Counted from the first letter of the stretch, positions 20,094 to 30,625 are shown. The stretch is 64,000 nucleotides of DNA from Vulcanimicrobiota bacterium (GCA_050250895.1 JBFWNU010000013.1:1-64000), one strand, 5' to 3'. Notes: generated by a model not told the origin, from the letters alone. Made by a program: numbers and translations.

Positions 20094-21485
20094 TCAGGCC
20101 CGAGCCAGTCCCCAGACCAGCTCGCGAATAGCCACCCAGGTCAACTCGGCATCCTTGGCCCAATAGACCGGAGTCAGCTTGCCGACCAGCATCAACGACT
20201 CGCTCAAGCGCCGGGTCAGGGTCGAATCGAGGCACCCCACCAGGGCGGCCAGCTTTTCGCGCCCCCCATGGGCCCGCCGAGGCTGATGATGAATCAATCG
20301 TCGAGCCAGGGCCCGAGGCGAGGCGGCGGCGGCCGCGGCCAGGGCCGACACGGGAGACTCCTCTTCGCCCCAGTGGCGGGTGATGTAACGGGCGCAGCGC
20401 ACGCTATCCGAGCGCACCAACCGCTTGCACTCGGCCAGAGCCGTGAGGGCCTCGAGGGGCAACTCGCGCCAGGCCCGGTGCCAACGCTCGCCGGCCAACA
20501 ACTCGGCGGCCACGCGCTGCTGCAGGCTGGCCTCGTCGCGGGTGAAGTCGTTGAGAGTGTGCAGGGCCATGATGACGTCATCGCCTTGCTCGGGCTCGAG
20601 GAGAGCCATCATCTCGCTAATGACCGCCGTCTGCAAGGCTCGGGGCAGGGCCGTCACCAGAGCAGCCAGGCGAAAAGAGCGAGGTAACTTCGGCGGCACG
20701 GCCTGGCCGGCCAGCATGGCCTTGAGATGGTCGAAGAAGTCTTGCTCGCCGGGGGTCTCGAGGCGAGTCCAGCGGCCGATCTCCTGGCGCAGGCGATGGG
20801 CCTCTTCGGTGGTCAGGCTCGAAAGCGAGGCAAAGCCCGCCGCCAGCCGCTGGCGTTCGGGCAACTCGAGGCCCTCGAGAAAACGTCGCACCCGCAGCGG
20901 ATGTTGGCGTTGCAGCCAAAACGCCACGACTTCGGCACTGGGCCGATCGGCGGCAGGGTCGACCACCACCGTCAGCTGGGCGGGCTTGCGCGGAAAGGCG
21001 GCTTCGAGAGCCAACATCATGCGAAAACGGACGCCCTCCTTGCTGTCGATCACGGCACAACCCAAACCGCTCAAGTGGTCTCGCCGGGCCGGATTTACCG
21101 GGCTGGCAAGCATCGTACCGACCCGCTCCCACTCGAGGTCGGGCAACCGCTGGGCAATGGCCGGCGGAGCCACCGCCAGCATGGTTCGCGGGCGCGTCTC
21201 TCCCTCGAGCACGACCCGCCCGCCGATGGTCAGGCGATAGCCTCTGGGGGGCAGATAGCGCGAAGTCTCGAAGCGGAGCCGCTCGCTCCAGGCAGGCTCG
21301 GGATTCGAGCGCAAGGGGCGACCCCCTTCGCCGATAGCCGGACCCACTTCCCACCAGATGAGGTCGGGATGGGCGTATTGCAGAGGCTCGACCTGTCCCC
21401 CCAGCCAGGTCTCTCGGATTCGCTCGGACACGACGTTTGGCGCCCGCTCGGCGATGGCCAAAAGGAGTTCGCGCAAATCTTCCAT
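20094..21485 (-). CDS. Hypothetical protein with FlhA-cytoplasmic-like and FliG-like segments
   Basis: ORF behind TAATCT; LPPRGYRLTIGG..V..GE..P...LAV resembles the FHIPEP cytoplasmic domain (by eye). Confidence 0.55.
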   Translation of the reverse strand: MEDLRELLLAIAERAPNVVSERIRETWLGGQVEPLQYAHPDLIWWEVGPAIGEGGRPLRSNPEPAWSERLRFETSRYLPPRGYRLTIGGRVVLEGETRPRTMLAVAPPAIAQRLPDLEWERVGTMLASPVNPARRDHLSGLGCAVIDSKEGVRFRMMLALEAAFPRKPAQLTVVVDPAADRPSAEVVAFWLQRQHPLRVRRFLEGLELPERQRLAAGFASLSSLTTEEAHRLRQEIGRWTRLETPGEQDFFDHLKAMLAGQAVPPKLPRSFRLAALVTALPRALQTAVISEMMALLEPEQGDDVIMALHTLNDFTRDEASLQQRVAAELLAGERWHRAWRELPLEALTALAECKRLVRSDSVRCARYITRHWGEEESPVSALAAAAAASPRALARRLIHHQPRRAHGGREKLAALVGCLDSTLTRRLSESLMLVGKLTPVYWAKDAELTWVAIRELVWGLARA

Positions 21486-21514
21486 AGCATAGAGATTAGC
21501 AGAAGTTGACCCCT

Positions 21515-23737
21515 TCAGCTAGACTCGAAGTTGCAGTAAATCCGAGAGAAGTCGCACGCGGCCAGGGCGCTCTTGTGAATCACGAAGAAGAGTTCGCCGC
21601 CCTCACCCCAATTGAACTCCCCCAGCGAGCCCACCTTGAGCAAGACCATCCAGTCCTCGGGATTGCCGCGCAAAGCCAGCGCCGCCTGCAATTCTGGTGT
21701 CTCGAGGGCAGTGAAGACGTAGCTGTTGAGCTCGTGGCAGCGCAGAGGGTCTTCGCCCACCAGGCAATCGATCATCTCCTCGAACAGCCCCTGGTCATCG
21801 CCCAACTCGGGGGACCAGCTGTTGGGCAGACTGGCGTTCTGCCAGGCTTCGACCCGATGCGGCTGTGAGGGAGGAGAAGGGAAATCGAAGAAGTCTTTGG
21901 CCCCCAACTGGAATCGAGTCCCCGTCACGGGGGCCTCCCGAGTGTAGATCACCAGCGGGGCCAGCTGGTGGATCGTATCGAGGAAAAAGTAGAGGTGCCC
22001 CTGGCGCGGCAGATAGTCTTGCAACGGGGCCAACCGAGCGCAATCGAGTTGAGCCACGAATTCATAGGCATACTCTTGCTCGTGGCTGACAAAACGCGGA
22101 TACTCGAGGGTGGCGGGCAGGTCCGGCCAGCCGCCGAATCGGGTGCAACCGACCTCCCAGGCATCGCCCTCTTCGGCGGGCTCGAGACTGACCGACTTAC
22201 GGGCCAGGGCACACAGCATCTCGCTCTGTTCTTCGAAGCCGGCCTCGGTGATGCGGGCCTTCCACTCCTCCATCAGTTCGGCATCGGACTGGACCCAGAA
22301 GACCGAATCATCCCAGGGCTCGAGACCCGGATAGCTGTAGTCGAGCAGACGCAGCTTGTCTTCCACCGAGAGATCGAGGGTCTTGACCTGGTTGTAAGGC
22401 TCGGGTAGCGACTCGAGGGGGTTCTCCTCGAGGCTCAAGAATTCGAGCTTGGGCTGCGTGGCCAATCGCTCGGGCAGGGTGGTGAGCAGGTTGTGCGACA
22501 ACTCGAGACTGACTAGTTCGGGCAGGTCAACCTCGGCCGGAACCTCGGTCAGGCAATTGTATTCCAGACTGAGGTAGGCCAGGTTTGGTAGCCGCCACAG
22601 ACTGGGGCCGGTGGCCGGCAACTGGCAATGGTTGACGCTCAGGCTTTGCAGGCGCGTCAGGCGCGAGAGGTCGGGCAGGCCAGGCAGGGTTCGGTCCCAC
22701 ACCTCCAGACTCTCGAGCTCGACCAGGTTGCTCAACACTGGCGGCAGCGGGCCCTCTCCGCGACGGAGACGAAGGCTGCGAAGATAGAGGAACCGCCCGA
22801 TATCGTCCTCGCCATCGAGTTCGAGATGGCACACCTGGCGAGGGTCGGCGCCCCCCGCCTCGGCCAGGCCGCCGAATCGATAGTTGCTCCAATCGAGGTT
22901 GGCCGGCTCAAAGGGCTGCTGAATCAGCACCTCAAAACGAGGAGCCGACTCCATGGGTCCGGTCAGGTGTCCTTCCAGGCGAAGCCATCCCCCCTCCATT
23001 ACCAGTTGCCCGCAAAACTCGAGCGCGAAGTTCCATCCCTCGTTGCGCAGCGAGATGCCCAGATCGTCGCAATACCCCAGGTCGAACCCGAAGGTCCCCG
23101 CCGGCAGGCCATGATGGTGGATCCCGTAGGCCCTGAGGCGAAAGCCGGCCAGGTCCTCCTCGGCCAACTCGCTCGAGAGGCCGGCCGTGGACGCGGTCAG
23201 ACTGGCGGCCAGGGCATGGTCGAGTTCGCTGATTTCGGCGTCCAGCCGACCCTGTAGCTCTTTTCCGTCGATGCGAAACTGGCGAGCCCGGCGCAGCGAC
23301 CCGAAGGCGCTGAGCAAGAGGGGCACAAATTCGGGCTTGTGTTCGACTTCGCAAAAGGCTCGCATCAGATAGGCCGAGGAAGAGTCGATCGGCCTGGCGC
23401 CAATGAGATAAAACACCTTAGCCTGGCGTTCGGGCCCGGCCCAGACTACTTCGGCCTGGTGAAAGGTGCACGGCCGGCCTTCGACCTCGAGTTCGAGGGG
23501 GTCGAAAAAGGTGAGGTCTCCGAGGTCAGACAGACTGGCCCGGAGGCGCTCATCAAAGCTTTCGCCGGCGAACTCGTCATAATCGGCCAGGGCCACTCGG
23601 GCCAGGTTGAGTTCGGGAGGCTGCATCAAGAAGGGTCGTTCGGTGCACTCGGCCCGCAAGACGTCCCCTTCCAGCTCGACGACCGCAAATGGGGCCGGCA
23701 GGTCAAAGCAGAATGTCCTGGCTGAGATGGTCTTCAC
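21515..23737 (-). CDS. Leucine-rich-repeat + DUF1963 (YwqG-like) protein
   Basis: Start reassigned to GTG 23737; L-x-x-L-x-L-x-x-N-x-L repeats; RFGGWPDLP, FVAQLDC, LP-x-x-G-x-LYFF, F-x-WGEGGELFFVI. Confidence 0.8.
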   Translation of the reverse strand: MKTISARTFCFDLPAPFAVVELEGDVLRAECTERPFLMQPPELNLARVALADYDEFAGESFDERLRASLSDLGDLTFFDPLELEVEGRPCTFHQAEVVWAGPERQAKVFYLIGARPIDSSSAYLMRAFCEVEHKPEFVPLLLSAFGSLRRARQFRIDGKELQGRLDAEISELDHALAASLTASTAGLSSELAEEDLAGFRLRAYGIHHHGLPAGTFGFDLGYCDDLGISLRNEGWNFALEFCGQLVMEGGWLRLEGHLTGPMESAPRFEVLIQQPFEPANLDWSNYRFGGLAEAGGADPRQVCHLELDGEDDIGRFLYLRSLRLRRGEGPLPPVLSNLVELESLEVWDRTLPGLPDLSRLTRLQSLSVNHCQLPATGPSLWRLPNLAYLSLEYNCLTEVPAEVDLPELVSLELSHNLLTTLPERLATQPKLEFLSLEENPLESLPEPYNQVKTLDLSVEDKLRLLDYSYPGLEPWDDSVFWVQSDAELMEEWKARITEAGFEEQSEMLCALARKSVSLEPAEEGDAWEVGCTRFGGWPDLPATLEYPRFVSHEQEYAYEFVAQLDCARLAPLQDYLPRQGHLYFFLDTIHQLAPLVIYTREAPVTGTRFQLGAKDFFDFPSPPSQPHRVEAWQNASLPNSWSPELGDDQGLFEEMIDCLVGEDPLRCHELNSYVFTALETPELQAALALRGNPEDWMVLLKVGSLGEFNWGEGGELFFVIHKSALAACDFSRIYCNFESS

Positions 23738-23812
23738 CCCGGTGTGTAGGACATTTCGGGCTAGACCTCCTTTTCGGGAAGGCTCCGCCAGGTCGTTGTT
23801 AAATAAACAGGG

Positions 23813-24703
23813 GTGCGAATCGCTGCTCTTCTCTTGCTCTTGACCCTGGCCGCTCAGGCCAATCCCCGAGTGGCGCTGGTGCGCTCTTTTGCCGGCCAGG
23901 TGACGGTCGGCGGCGAGGCCGTACGGCGCTATCAGGTGCTCGAGCAGGACACGGTGCTCGACCTGGCCGACGGGGCTCGGGTAGATGTCGACTTTCTCAC
24001 CGCCGGGTTGCGCCAATCGGCGGCCGGTCCGGCCCACCTGACGGTAGGAGCAACCGGCCTGACCGGTGCCAAAGTGCGCTCGACCGTGATGGCCCGCCTG
24101 AGCATGATGCCCGACGAACCGACGGCCAAAGGTGCCGGCACGGTGACGCGCTCGCTCGATGACCCCGACGAGCTGACCCTGCGGCCGGCCCGCCGGACCG
24201 CGTCGCCGGCCTTCATGGTCATTCCCCTGGTGAGTGGGGTGCAGCAGCCTTGCGATGTGGCTGTGATGGAAGACTCGGTAATTCTCTGGAGCAGTCACGT
24301 CTGGCCCGATCAATCCGTGGTGGAATGTCCTCTCCAGCTCGATCCCGACAAGCTCTACACCATTTCGGCCATCCCCAACCACGAGCCCCAGCTCGATCAG
24401 GCCAACTACCAGATGCTGTTCTCGCCGCTGACCGAGGCCGAGGATGAACGGTTGCGGCGTTTGTCGGTCGACCTGCATACCATGGCCCGCGAGACCCAGA
24501 GCGCCACTCCTCTGCTGTTTCTGATGGAATCCCTGGCCGCGCATTATCTCTTCTATGACGCCGCCCAGGTGGCCGAAGAGATTTACAAACTGGGGACGCT
24601 CGGCAGTGATCGCCCCACCTTTCTGGCCAGGGCTCGCGATGTCAACCTGGCCGCCCGCCGCTTTTCGCGAGCCCGCTTTTTCGAGGCCGAATTAAAGCGC
24701 TAG
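23813..24703 (+). CDS. Hypothetical secreted protein
   Basis: Signal peptide (LLLLLTLAAQA); coherent codon usage. Confidence 0.65.
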   Translation: MRIAALLLLLTLAAQANPRVALVRSFAGQVTVGGEAVRRYQVLEQDTVLDLADGARVDVDFLTAGLRQSAAGPAHLTVGATGLTGAKVRSTVMARLSMMPDEPTAKGAGTVTRSLDDPDELTLRPARRTASPAFMVIPLVSGVQQPCDVAVMEDSVILWSSHVWPDQSVVECPLQLDPDKLYTISAIPNHEPQLDQANYQMLFSPLTEAEDERLRRLSVDLHTMARETQSATPLLFLMESLAAHYLFYDAAQVAEEIYKLGTLGSDRPTFLARARDVNLAARRFSRARFFEAELKR

Positions 24704-24746
24704 CCTTCTATGGCGGCCAGATTAGTTTTTCTGTTATGGTATAGGG

Positions 24747-25190
24747 GTGGGGAGACGCGGGTTTTCGATGATCGAACTCCTGACGGCGGTTTTCGTCATC
24801 GCTGTCGGGATCCTCGGTCTTTTTGGCGCCCTCAGCTACGGCCTGACGGCCAGCCGCTCGGGTGAGTTGCGCAGCGAGGCAGTCGGTCACGCCACCCACC
24901 TGATCGAGTTGATCCGCAGCCGCAACCTCGATTTTCAAGGCTCGCCTCCTCCCCCACCCGCCAGTTCGGGCATCAACGACCCTGCCACCACCAAAAAGCC
25001 GCTCAATGCCGCTCCTTTCGCGGCCGAGTTCCCGGCCGGAAGCCCCTTCCAACGAAACATCCAGATCGCGCGGGTAGGGGCGAGCGGCGACTATAACTTC
25101 GACGTCATGCGAATCACGGTCACCCTCTACTGGCAAGAGCAGGGAGGAGAGAGGAATCTTCGCTTTGAGGCCCTTCACAAAAACCAATAG
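24747..25190 (+). CDS. PilV-like minor pilin
   Basis: RRG|FSMIELLTAVFVIAVGILG. Confidence 0.88.
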   Translation: MGRRGFSMIELLTAVFVIAVGILGLFGALSYGLTASRSGELRSEAVGHATHLIELIRSRNLDFQGSPPPPPASSGINDPATTKKPLNAAPFAAEFPAGSPFQRNIQIARVGASGDYNFDVMRITVTLYWQEQGGERNLRFEALHKNQ

Positions 25191-26718
25191 GGCCAGTGTT
25201 CTCTATCTGGCTCTGGTCTTTATGGCCTTGCTCTCGATGCTGGCCCTGGCCTATGTGCGACTCGTCCCTCTCGAGATGAACAGCGCCCTGCGCTATCGCG
25301 AGTCGACCAAAGCCCATTACGTGGCCGAGGCCGGCATCATCGACAGTCTGGCCTATGTCCAGAACGAATTAAAAAACGGCAACGAGCCGACCCCCTCTGG
25401 CCCGGTGACCCGCACCGGAAGCCTGGATGGATGGAATTGGGAGACGTTGATCAGTCCCGACCCCCAGACGCCACCGCTGGGCGACAGCGCCTTGCGCTTT
25501 TATCGCCTGCAGTCGCGAGCTACCAAGCCAGGGCAGTCCAACGCCATCTGGCGCATCCAATGTTACGTCGGCGAAGAGACCTTCGCGCGCTTCACCCGCT
25601 ATATCGACGATTTCCCCACCTCGAACTACTACAATATCCAGACCACGCCTTTCATCGAGGGCCATGTCCACATCAACGATGTCATCCACATCCGCACTTT
25701 CCCCTCCCTCTGGACCACCACCGGAGACCCCGCCTTCAAAGGCTTCGTGACCAGCGCCTCGCAAGACCCGGCCTCGCCCGACGGAATCGACTATTTCGGT
25801 CCGGGCGGCCCTCCCTATCCCGACGATGCCAAGTACGCTCGCCTCTACCTCGGAGGTCGAGCCGGGCTCAATACCGGCGTCTCGCGCATCGAACTGCCCG
25901 AGAATTCCAACGCCCTGGCGCGCCACGCCTGGGGCGACACTACCGCCCAGCCCACCGCACCGGGCATCCACCTCAATACCGATGCCACCGGCAACCTGCA
26001 GGGCGGCGTCTTCATCGTGGGTGATGTGGACGAGATGGTGCTGGGCCAGGACGGGTCGGGCAACCCCACCATCACCGTCACCCAGGGCGGTGACGTGACC
26101 ACCATTACCGAGGCGGTCAACGCCGCCGCGGCCGGAGCCCCCCAGGGCAGCACCGCAGTGGTCGGAGCGACCAGCGCCGTCTTTCCCGGCATCCCCAACG
26201 GAGTCTACTATGTCGACGGCCATATCAACTCGTTCAAGGGGGTCAACCGCAACGCCCACACCATCGCCGTCAATCTGCTGGCCAATAAAGAGATCATCAT
26301 CACCGGCAATGTGACGCGGGCCGATACTCCGGTCAATAGCCGGCCGCAGACGCCCCGTGATGTGTTGGGCATTGTGGCTTATCGCGTGCGGGTCAGCGAT
26401 ACCATTCCTCGTGACTATGCCAACCCTTTGCAACTTTATCTATCCTTTGTGGCCGGTCGCAAGGGTGACACCAACGGCGGCTTCATCATCGACGGTTGGA
26501 GCAATTCGGCTCTGGGCACAGGCCAGTTCAAGGTCTATGGAGCCTGGGCAACGGCCCGCATGGCCATCACCGGCAACTGGGATATGGGTGGCAGTCACAC
26601 CTCTGGCTACAGCTACCTGCAATATTTCGACCCCAGCTTGATCACCAGTCCACCGCCCCACTATCCCACTACCGGCAAGTTGCCAGTCGTGTCCTGGCGC
26701 GAGGATCCCGGCGACTGA
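25165..26718 (+). CDS. PilX-like N-terminal domain protein with large C-terminal domain
   Basis: RA|SVLYLAL hydrophobic helix, KAHYVAEAGI motif, C-terminal FDP-x-L...PP-x-YP. Confidence 0.8.
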   Translation: MRPFTKTNRASVLYLALVFMALLSMLALAYVRLVPLEMNSALRYRESTKAHYVAEAGIIDSLAYVQNELKNGNEPTPSGPVTRTGSLDGWNWETLISPDPQTPPLGDSALRFYRLQSRATKPGQSNAIWRIQCYVGEETFARFTRYIDDFPTSNYYNIQTTPFIEGHVHINDVIHIRTFPSLWTTTGDPAFKGFVTSASQDPASPDGIDYFGPGGPPYPDDAKYARLYLGGRAGLNTGVSRIELPENSNALARHAWGDTTAQPTAPGIHLNTDATGNLQGGVFIVGDVDEMVLGQDGSGNPTITVTQGGDVTTITEAVNAAAAGAPQGSTAVVGATSAVFPGIPNGVYYVDGHINSFKGVNRNAHTIAVNLLANKEIIITGNVTRADTPVNSRPQTPRDVLGIVAYRVRVSDTIPRDYANPLQLYLSFVAGRKGDTNGGFIIDGWSNSALGTGQFKVYGAWATARMAITGNWDMGGSHTSGYSYLQYFDPSLITSPPPHYPTTGKLPVVSWREDPGD

Positions 26719-27296
26719 TGCGCGGTCTGACTTTGCTGGAAGTGATCATCGGGTCGGCCATCATGCTGGTCTTGACCGGCTTGCTGATCATGATCTTTCA
26801 CACCTCGGGCTCGGTGTTCCGACGGGGCTCGACCCGCATGCACGCCCAGCAGCAGGCCCGCGAGGTGGTGCGCCGGGCCACACCCCTGGTGATGAGCGCG
26901 GTGCCCCCGAGCCCTCTAGAGGAAGCCATCTATCTGCCCACCCTCGGCAACGTCGACACCAATCTCGAGTTCTATTCGGCCGACGACCTGCTCACTCCAC
27001 CGGCCGCGCTCAACCCCCGCCTGGTAAGCTATCATCTCTACCGCCTCAGCCACACGGCCGCCACCAAAGAAGTCTGGCTGCAAGAGTTGGCCGCTCCGGC
27101 CCGCACCCCGGTGGGCGCTGGCCAACTCGTGGCTCGCCACGTGGAAGAGTGCGACTTCGAGCGCCTCGACGTGAACATGGTGCGTCTGCGGGTGATGACC
27201 CGCGAACCGGTGCGCACTGCCGTCGGGCAGCAAGAAGACCTCGACGTCGAACGCACGGCGGTCATCGCCCTACCCTATTACGCCGGGCCGCGGTGA
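26718..27296 (+). CDS. PilW-like minor pilin
   Basis: TGATG overlap; MRG|LTLLEVII. Confidence 0.85.
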   Translation: MRGLTLLEVIIGSAIMLVLTGLLIMIFHTSGSVFRRGSTRMHAQQQAREVVRRATPLVMSAVPPSPLEEAIYLPTLGNVDTNLEFYSADDLLTPPAALNPRLVSYHLYRLSHTAATKEVWLQELAAPARTPVGAGQLVARHVEECDFERLDVNMVRLRVMTREPVRTAVGQQEDLDVERTAVIALPYYAGPR

Positions 27297-28519
27297 ACGC
27301 TCAGGGCTTTCGCTATACGGCGGTCACCCGCCAGAGCCAGGTGGTCGAGAGCTTCATCACCTTTCCCGCCTTTTTCCCTTCGGGGCTGGCCGAGAGCCTG
27401 GCCAGGTTCGTGCTCTACCTCTCTTACGACCAGGTTCAGAAGATGGCGCCCGACGCTCGTTTGGGTTATCGGGGCAACCCGGGCGAGCTGATGGTCTACA
27501 CGCGCCAACTGGCCTCGATGGTCAAGGCTGGCATTCCCGTCCACCGCGCCATCTACTTCATCTCGGAGAGCGACGTCACCCCTACCGCCGAGGCTCTGGG
27601 CGAACTGGCTCACCTGCTCGAGACCGGTCACAGCCTGTCTCACGGCACGGCCTGCCTGCCGGGGGTGTTCGACCCGATCTTTCGCGGCTACGCTCGGGTG
27701 GCCGAGACCTCGAGCAGCCTGCCCGAGGCCCTGGGAATGCTGGCCCAGCACATGGAGGAGCGGGTCTGGCTGCGCCAGCGCGTGCGCGGAGCCCTGATCT
27801 ATCCGGCCTTCCTCATGCTCGGCGCCCTGATCCTGGCTTCGGTGCTGGTGTTCGGCATCGTGCCCATGATGACCCCGACGCTGACCGAGCTGGGTGTGCC
27901 GCTGCCGCTCTTGACCCGGATCGTGGTGGCCATCGCCGAGAACGGCAGCCGCCCCCCGGTCATCCTGGCCGTGCTCTTGCTGGTGGGGCTGGTGGCCGGC
28001 TTCTTCAGCTTCGTCTTCGGCCCCACCGGACGCTACAGCCGCAGCCGCCGCCGGGTCGACGCCATCATCCTCGAGTTGCCGGTCTTTGGCCCCCTGGCCA
28101 GGCGGATCTGCTCGAGCTCGATCCTGTCGGCCCTGGGGTTATCCCTGCGGGTCGGAGTCAACCTGGCCAAGGCGGTCAAGGACGCGGAAACGGTAGTGGG
28201 CAACGTCATCATCGTCGAGCGCATGCGGGCCAGTCGCAAGGCCCTGGAAGAGGGTCACTCTTTCGGCGACGCCCTGCTCACCCACGACGTGCTGCCCCGG
28301 GGCGATTGTCTGGTGCTCGAGTGCGGGGCCGAGGCGGGTCACCTGGAAGAGACGGTGGACATTCTGGCCCGCAGCGCTACCGACGAAGTCGACAACCAGC
28401 TCGACACGATGACCTCGCTGCTCGAACCCATCGTGCTGGTGCTGATGAGCGTGGTGGTGGCTACCGTGGCCCTGGCCACCTTCCTGCCCTGGATCTCGCT
28501 AATCCAGACCCTCTTCTAG
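27293..28519 (+). CDS. Type II/IV secretion system F-family (PilC/GspF) platform protein
   Basis: GTGA overlap start; TRQLASMVKAGIP, ALIYP, LPLLT, LLEP motifs. Confidence 0.9.
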   Translation: MNAQGFRYTAVTRQSQVVESFITFPAFFPSGLAESLARFVLYLSYDQVQKMAPDARLGYRGNPGELMVYTRQLASMVKAGIPVHRAIYFISESDVTPTAEALGELAHLLETGHSLSHGTACLPGVFDPIFRGYARVAETSSSLPEALGMLAQHMEERVWLRQRVRGALIYPAFLMLGALILASVLVFGIVPMMTPTLTELGVPLPLLTRIVVAIAENGSRPPVILAVLLLVGLVAGFFSFVFGPTGRYSRSRRRVDAIILELPVFGPLARRICSSSILSALGLSLRVGVNLAKAVKDAETVVGNVIIVERMRASRKALEEGHSFGDALLTHDVLPRGDCLVLECGAEAGHLEETVDILARSATDEVDNQLDTMTSLLEPIVLVLMSVVVATVALATFLPWISLIQTLF

Positions 28520-28562
28520 GGCGAGGGGGTTCTACCCACCAGACAGCGAATTCTGTCCTACC

Positions 28563-29483
28563 ATGCGTTGGCTGCTTTTGTTGCTCCTCCCCTTGCCTGT
28601 AATCGCCCAGGAGCTTGGCCCTATGCCCGAGCTTCCTCCTCGCGTGAAATACGCGCGTCCCACCGCCGAGGCCGAACAAGCCGAACTCGAGCGATTGCGC
28701 CGCCTGCTCTCGGGCGAGGTCGAGCCAGAAGAGATCGGCGTGCTCGGCCCCTTCCTGACGGTCGAGCTGGTCGACGGTCTGCCCGGTGACTTGATCCCGG
28801 TGAGCTTCGTGGTGCCGCTCGGCAACGGCGTGATCACGGCCCGGGGCTTTAGCTCACGCCGGCCCGAGCAGCTCACGAGCCTGCTGGCCCTGATTTCAAA
28901 GCGGCTGGGCGAGTTCTCCGTGCGGCGACCGACGGCGGTCGAGGTCGATCTGTTGTGGTCGATGGTGCCCTATGACCTCGAAGGGCCGCTCTTCGTGCTC
29001 GAGGGCTCGGACCACCGGCTCTTGTGGAACTCGGCCAACGGGCTGCTGTTTCTCGAAGACATGGCCGACATCGGCGAGACCCTCGACGACGGATTCAAAG
29101 CCTTGTCGAGCCTGCCCGACAGCCAATTCGAACCGAGCCCCCAAGCCGACTTCGTGAGCGGCAAACTGCCCGAGATCGTGGCCGAGGCCGAGCAAGAAGA
29201 CGAGACCCAGATCCTGCTGGTGACCGACCAGGAGTCGCTGGGCAAGCGAGTCAAAGTCGATCCCTTGGCGGACTACATCAAGACCTTGCTGGGGCTGGTC
29301 GAAAAGGTCGAGCATCCTGACGTCATTCGCGTCCAGGTCGACTTTGACGCCCAGGCCGGGCCGCTGGTTCGGGTCGGCAGCCGCACGCCTCTGGCCGCTC
29401 CCCAACAGCTCATCGACCAGCTGGCCGCCGTAACCCCGCCCCCCACCACCGGACCGGTATGCTTCGTTCTGCTGGTCAAATAG
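28563..29483 (+). CDS. Hypothetical secreted protein
   Basis: Signal peptide; long ORF. Confidence 0.65.
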   Translation: MRWLLLLLLPLPVIAQELGPMPELPPRVKYARPTAEAEQAELERLRRLLSGEVEPEEIGVLGPFLTVELVDGLPGDLIPVSFVVPLGNGVITARGFSSRRPEQLTSLLALISKRLGEFSVRRPTAVEVDLLWSMVPYDLEGPLFVLEGSDHRLLWNSANGLLFLEDMADIGETLDDGFKALSSLPDSQFEPSPQADFVSGKLPEIVAEAEQEDETQILLVTDQESLGKRVKVDPLADYIKTLLGLVEKVEHPDVIRVQVDFDAQAGPLVRVGSRTPLAAPQQLIDQLAAVTPPPTTGPVCFVLLVK

Positions 29484-29503
29484 TCAAAGCCCTCGAGCGG
29501 CGG

Positions 29504-30625
29504 ATGCTGCCGGGGCTGAAGTTGCTGGCCGAGCGCCACGGCGGCGAGTATTGGTCCGTGACCCTGGCCGATACGGGACACACCCTCGGAGTCGAAGTGG
29601 AGCGTGGCGACGACAGGTTGACCCTCGAGGTGGTGCTGGCCAATCTCGACTCGTGGCCGGCCGTCAATGAGGCCTCGGTCGGGTGGCGCCGGCACGGTGC
29701 CCAATTCTGGCCCTCGATTCGCGGCCCGCTGACCAGGCGCCAGTGGGCGCGGCTCAAGCTCGCCATACCCTGTCTGTTCGCCTTCTTCGACCGCAATGCC
29801 AGGCGACCCGACCACCTTGAAGGCGGGATCCCTACCCGGGTGATGGGAGGCTTCGGGGGTAACCAAAGGCCGGCCCTGAAACCGAAGGTAGAGGCACCTG
29901 AGGACGACCCGGAATACGCGGTCTATCGAACCGCCCTCGAGGCTCTGTTTCCGGACGAAACCATCGTACTGGGGGGCCGCACCCAGCCGGTGGAGTGGTC
30001 CCCAGAGCAAGAGCTGGAGCAAGAACATGAAGCTCTGGGTATTCCTGAACTCAGCCTGGGAATGTTCCGCCAGATGATGGCCAAGCCTGTGTGGTTGCTG
30101 CAGACACGAGATGCTTTGCCCTATGCCACCGAGGAGAATTGGGGAGGGCAACACTTCTGGCGAGGCTTTCATCGTCGCCACCCCGGAGCCAAACGGCTGG
30201 TCGACCTTTCGCGCGTCGGCTTTGACGGTGTGAGCGCCGGTCTTGTCGTCAGGGAATTCCGCTGGGACGGGTTTGACGCCCGAGTGCTCCTGCTCGAGCA
30301 GACAACCTCAGGCTGGCAAGTGGCCAGTATCCTGGACCCTCCAGAGAGAGAACGTCCCCCGGAACCCACGCTGGAGGAAGAGCTGCGGGGCGATGAAGGC
30401 GTCCAATTGCTCGAGGGCCGAGAAGACCAGGTCGAGTTGCGGTGTCGGCACGGCGGGGACTGGATCGATTTGACCGCGGTGGCCTGGCATTCTCCGTATC
30501 GGCAGCACGCTGCTCGGGTGTGGCTTACCCCCGTCGCTTTCGTCGAGCGTCTTGACGCCCGCCACCTGCGAGCGGCCGTGGCTGCTCATCTTGCCAAGGA
30601 GGACCCATGGAAGGGCGGGTGGTGA
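29504..30625 (+). CDS. Hypothetical protein, paralogue of next gene
   Basis: AVYRTALEALFP ... HPGA..LV.LSRVGFD shared with 30607-31731. Confidence 0.65.
   Translation: MLPGLKLLAERHGGEYWSVTLADTGHTLGVEVERGDDRLTLEVVLANLDSWPAVNEASVGWRRHGAQFWPSIRGPLTRRQWARLKLAIPCLFAFFDRNARRPDHLEGGIPTRVMGGFGGNQRPALKPKVEAPEDDPEYAVYRTALEALFPDETIVLGGRTQPVEWSPEQELEQEHEALGIPELSLGMFRQMMAKPVWLLQTRDALPYATEENWGGQHFWRGFHRRHPGAKRLVDLSRVGFDGVSAGLVVREFRWDGFDARVLLLEQTTSGWQVASILDPPERERPPEPTLEEELRGDEGVQLLEGREDQVELRCRHGGDWIDLTAVAWHSPYRQHAARVWLTPVAFVERLDARHLRAAVAAHLAKEDPWKGGW

Noticed and set aside
21515-24544. 1009-aa version of the LRR/DUF1963 ORF and similar 5' over-extensions (13159-14868, 46262-47914, 52923-54491, 59006-60847)
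   Set aside because: Extensions overlap better-supported genes; internal starts with signal peptides or coupled stops fit better
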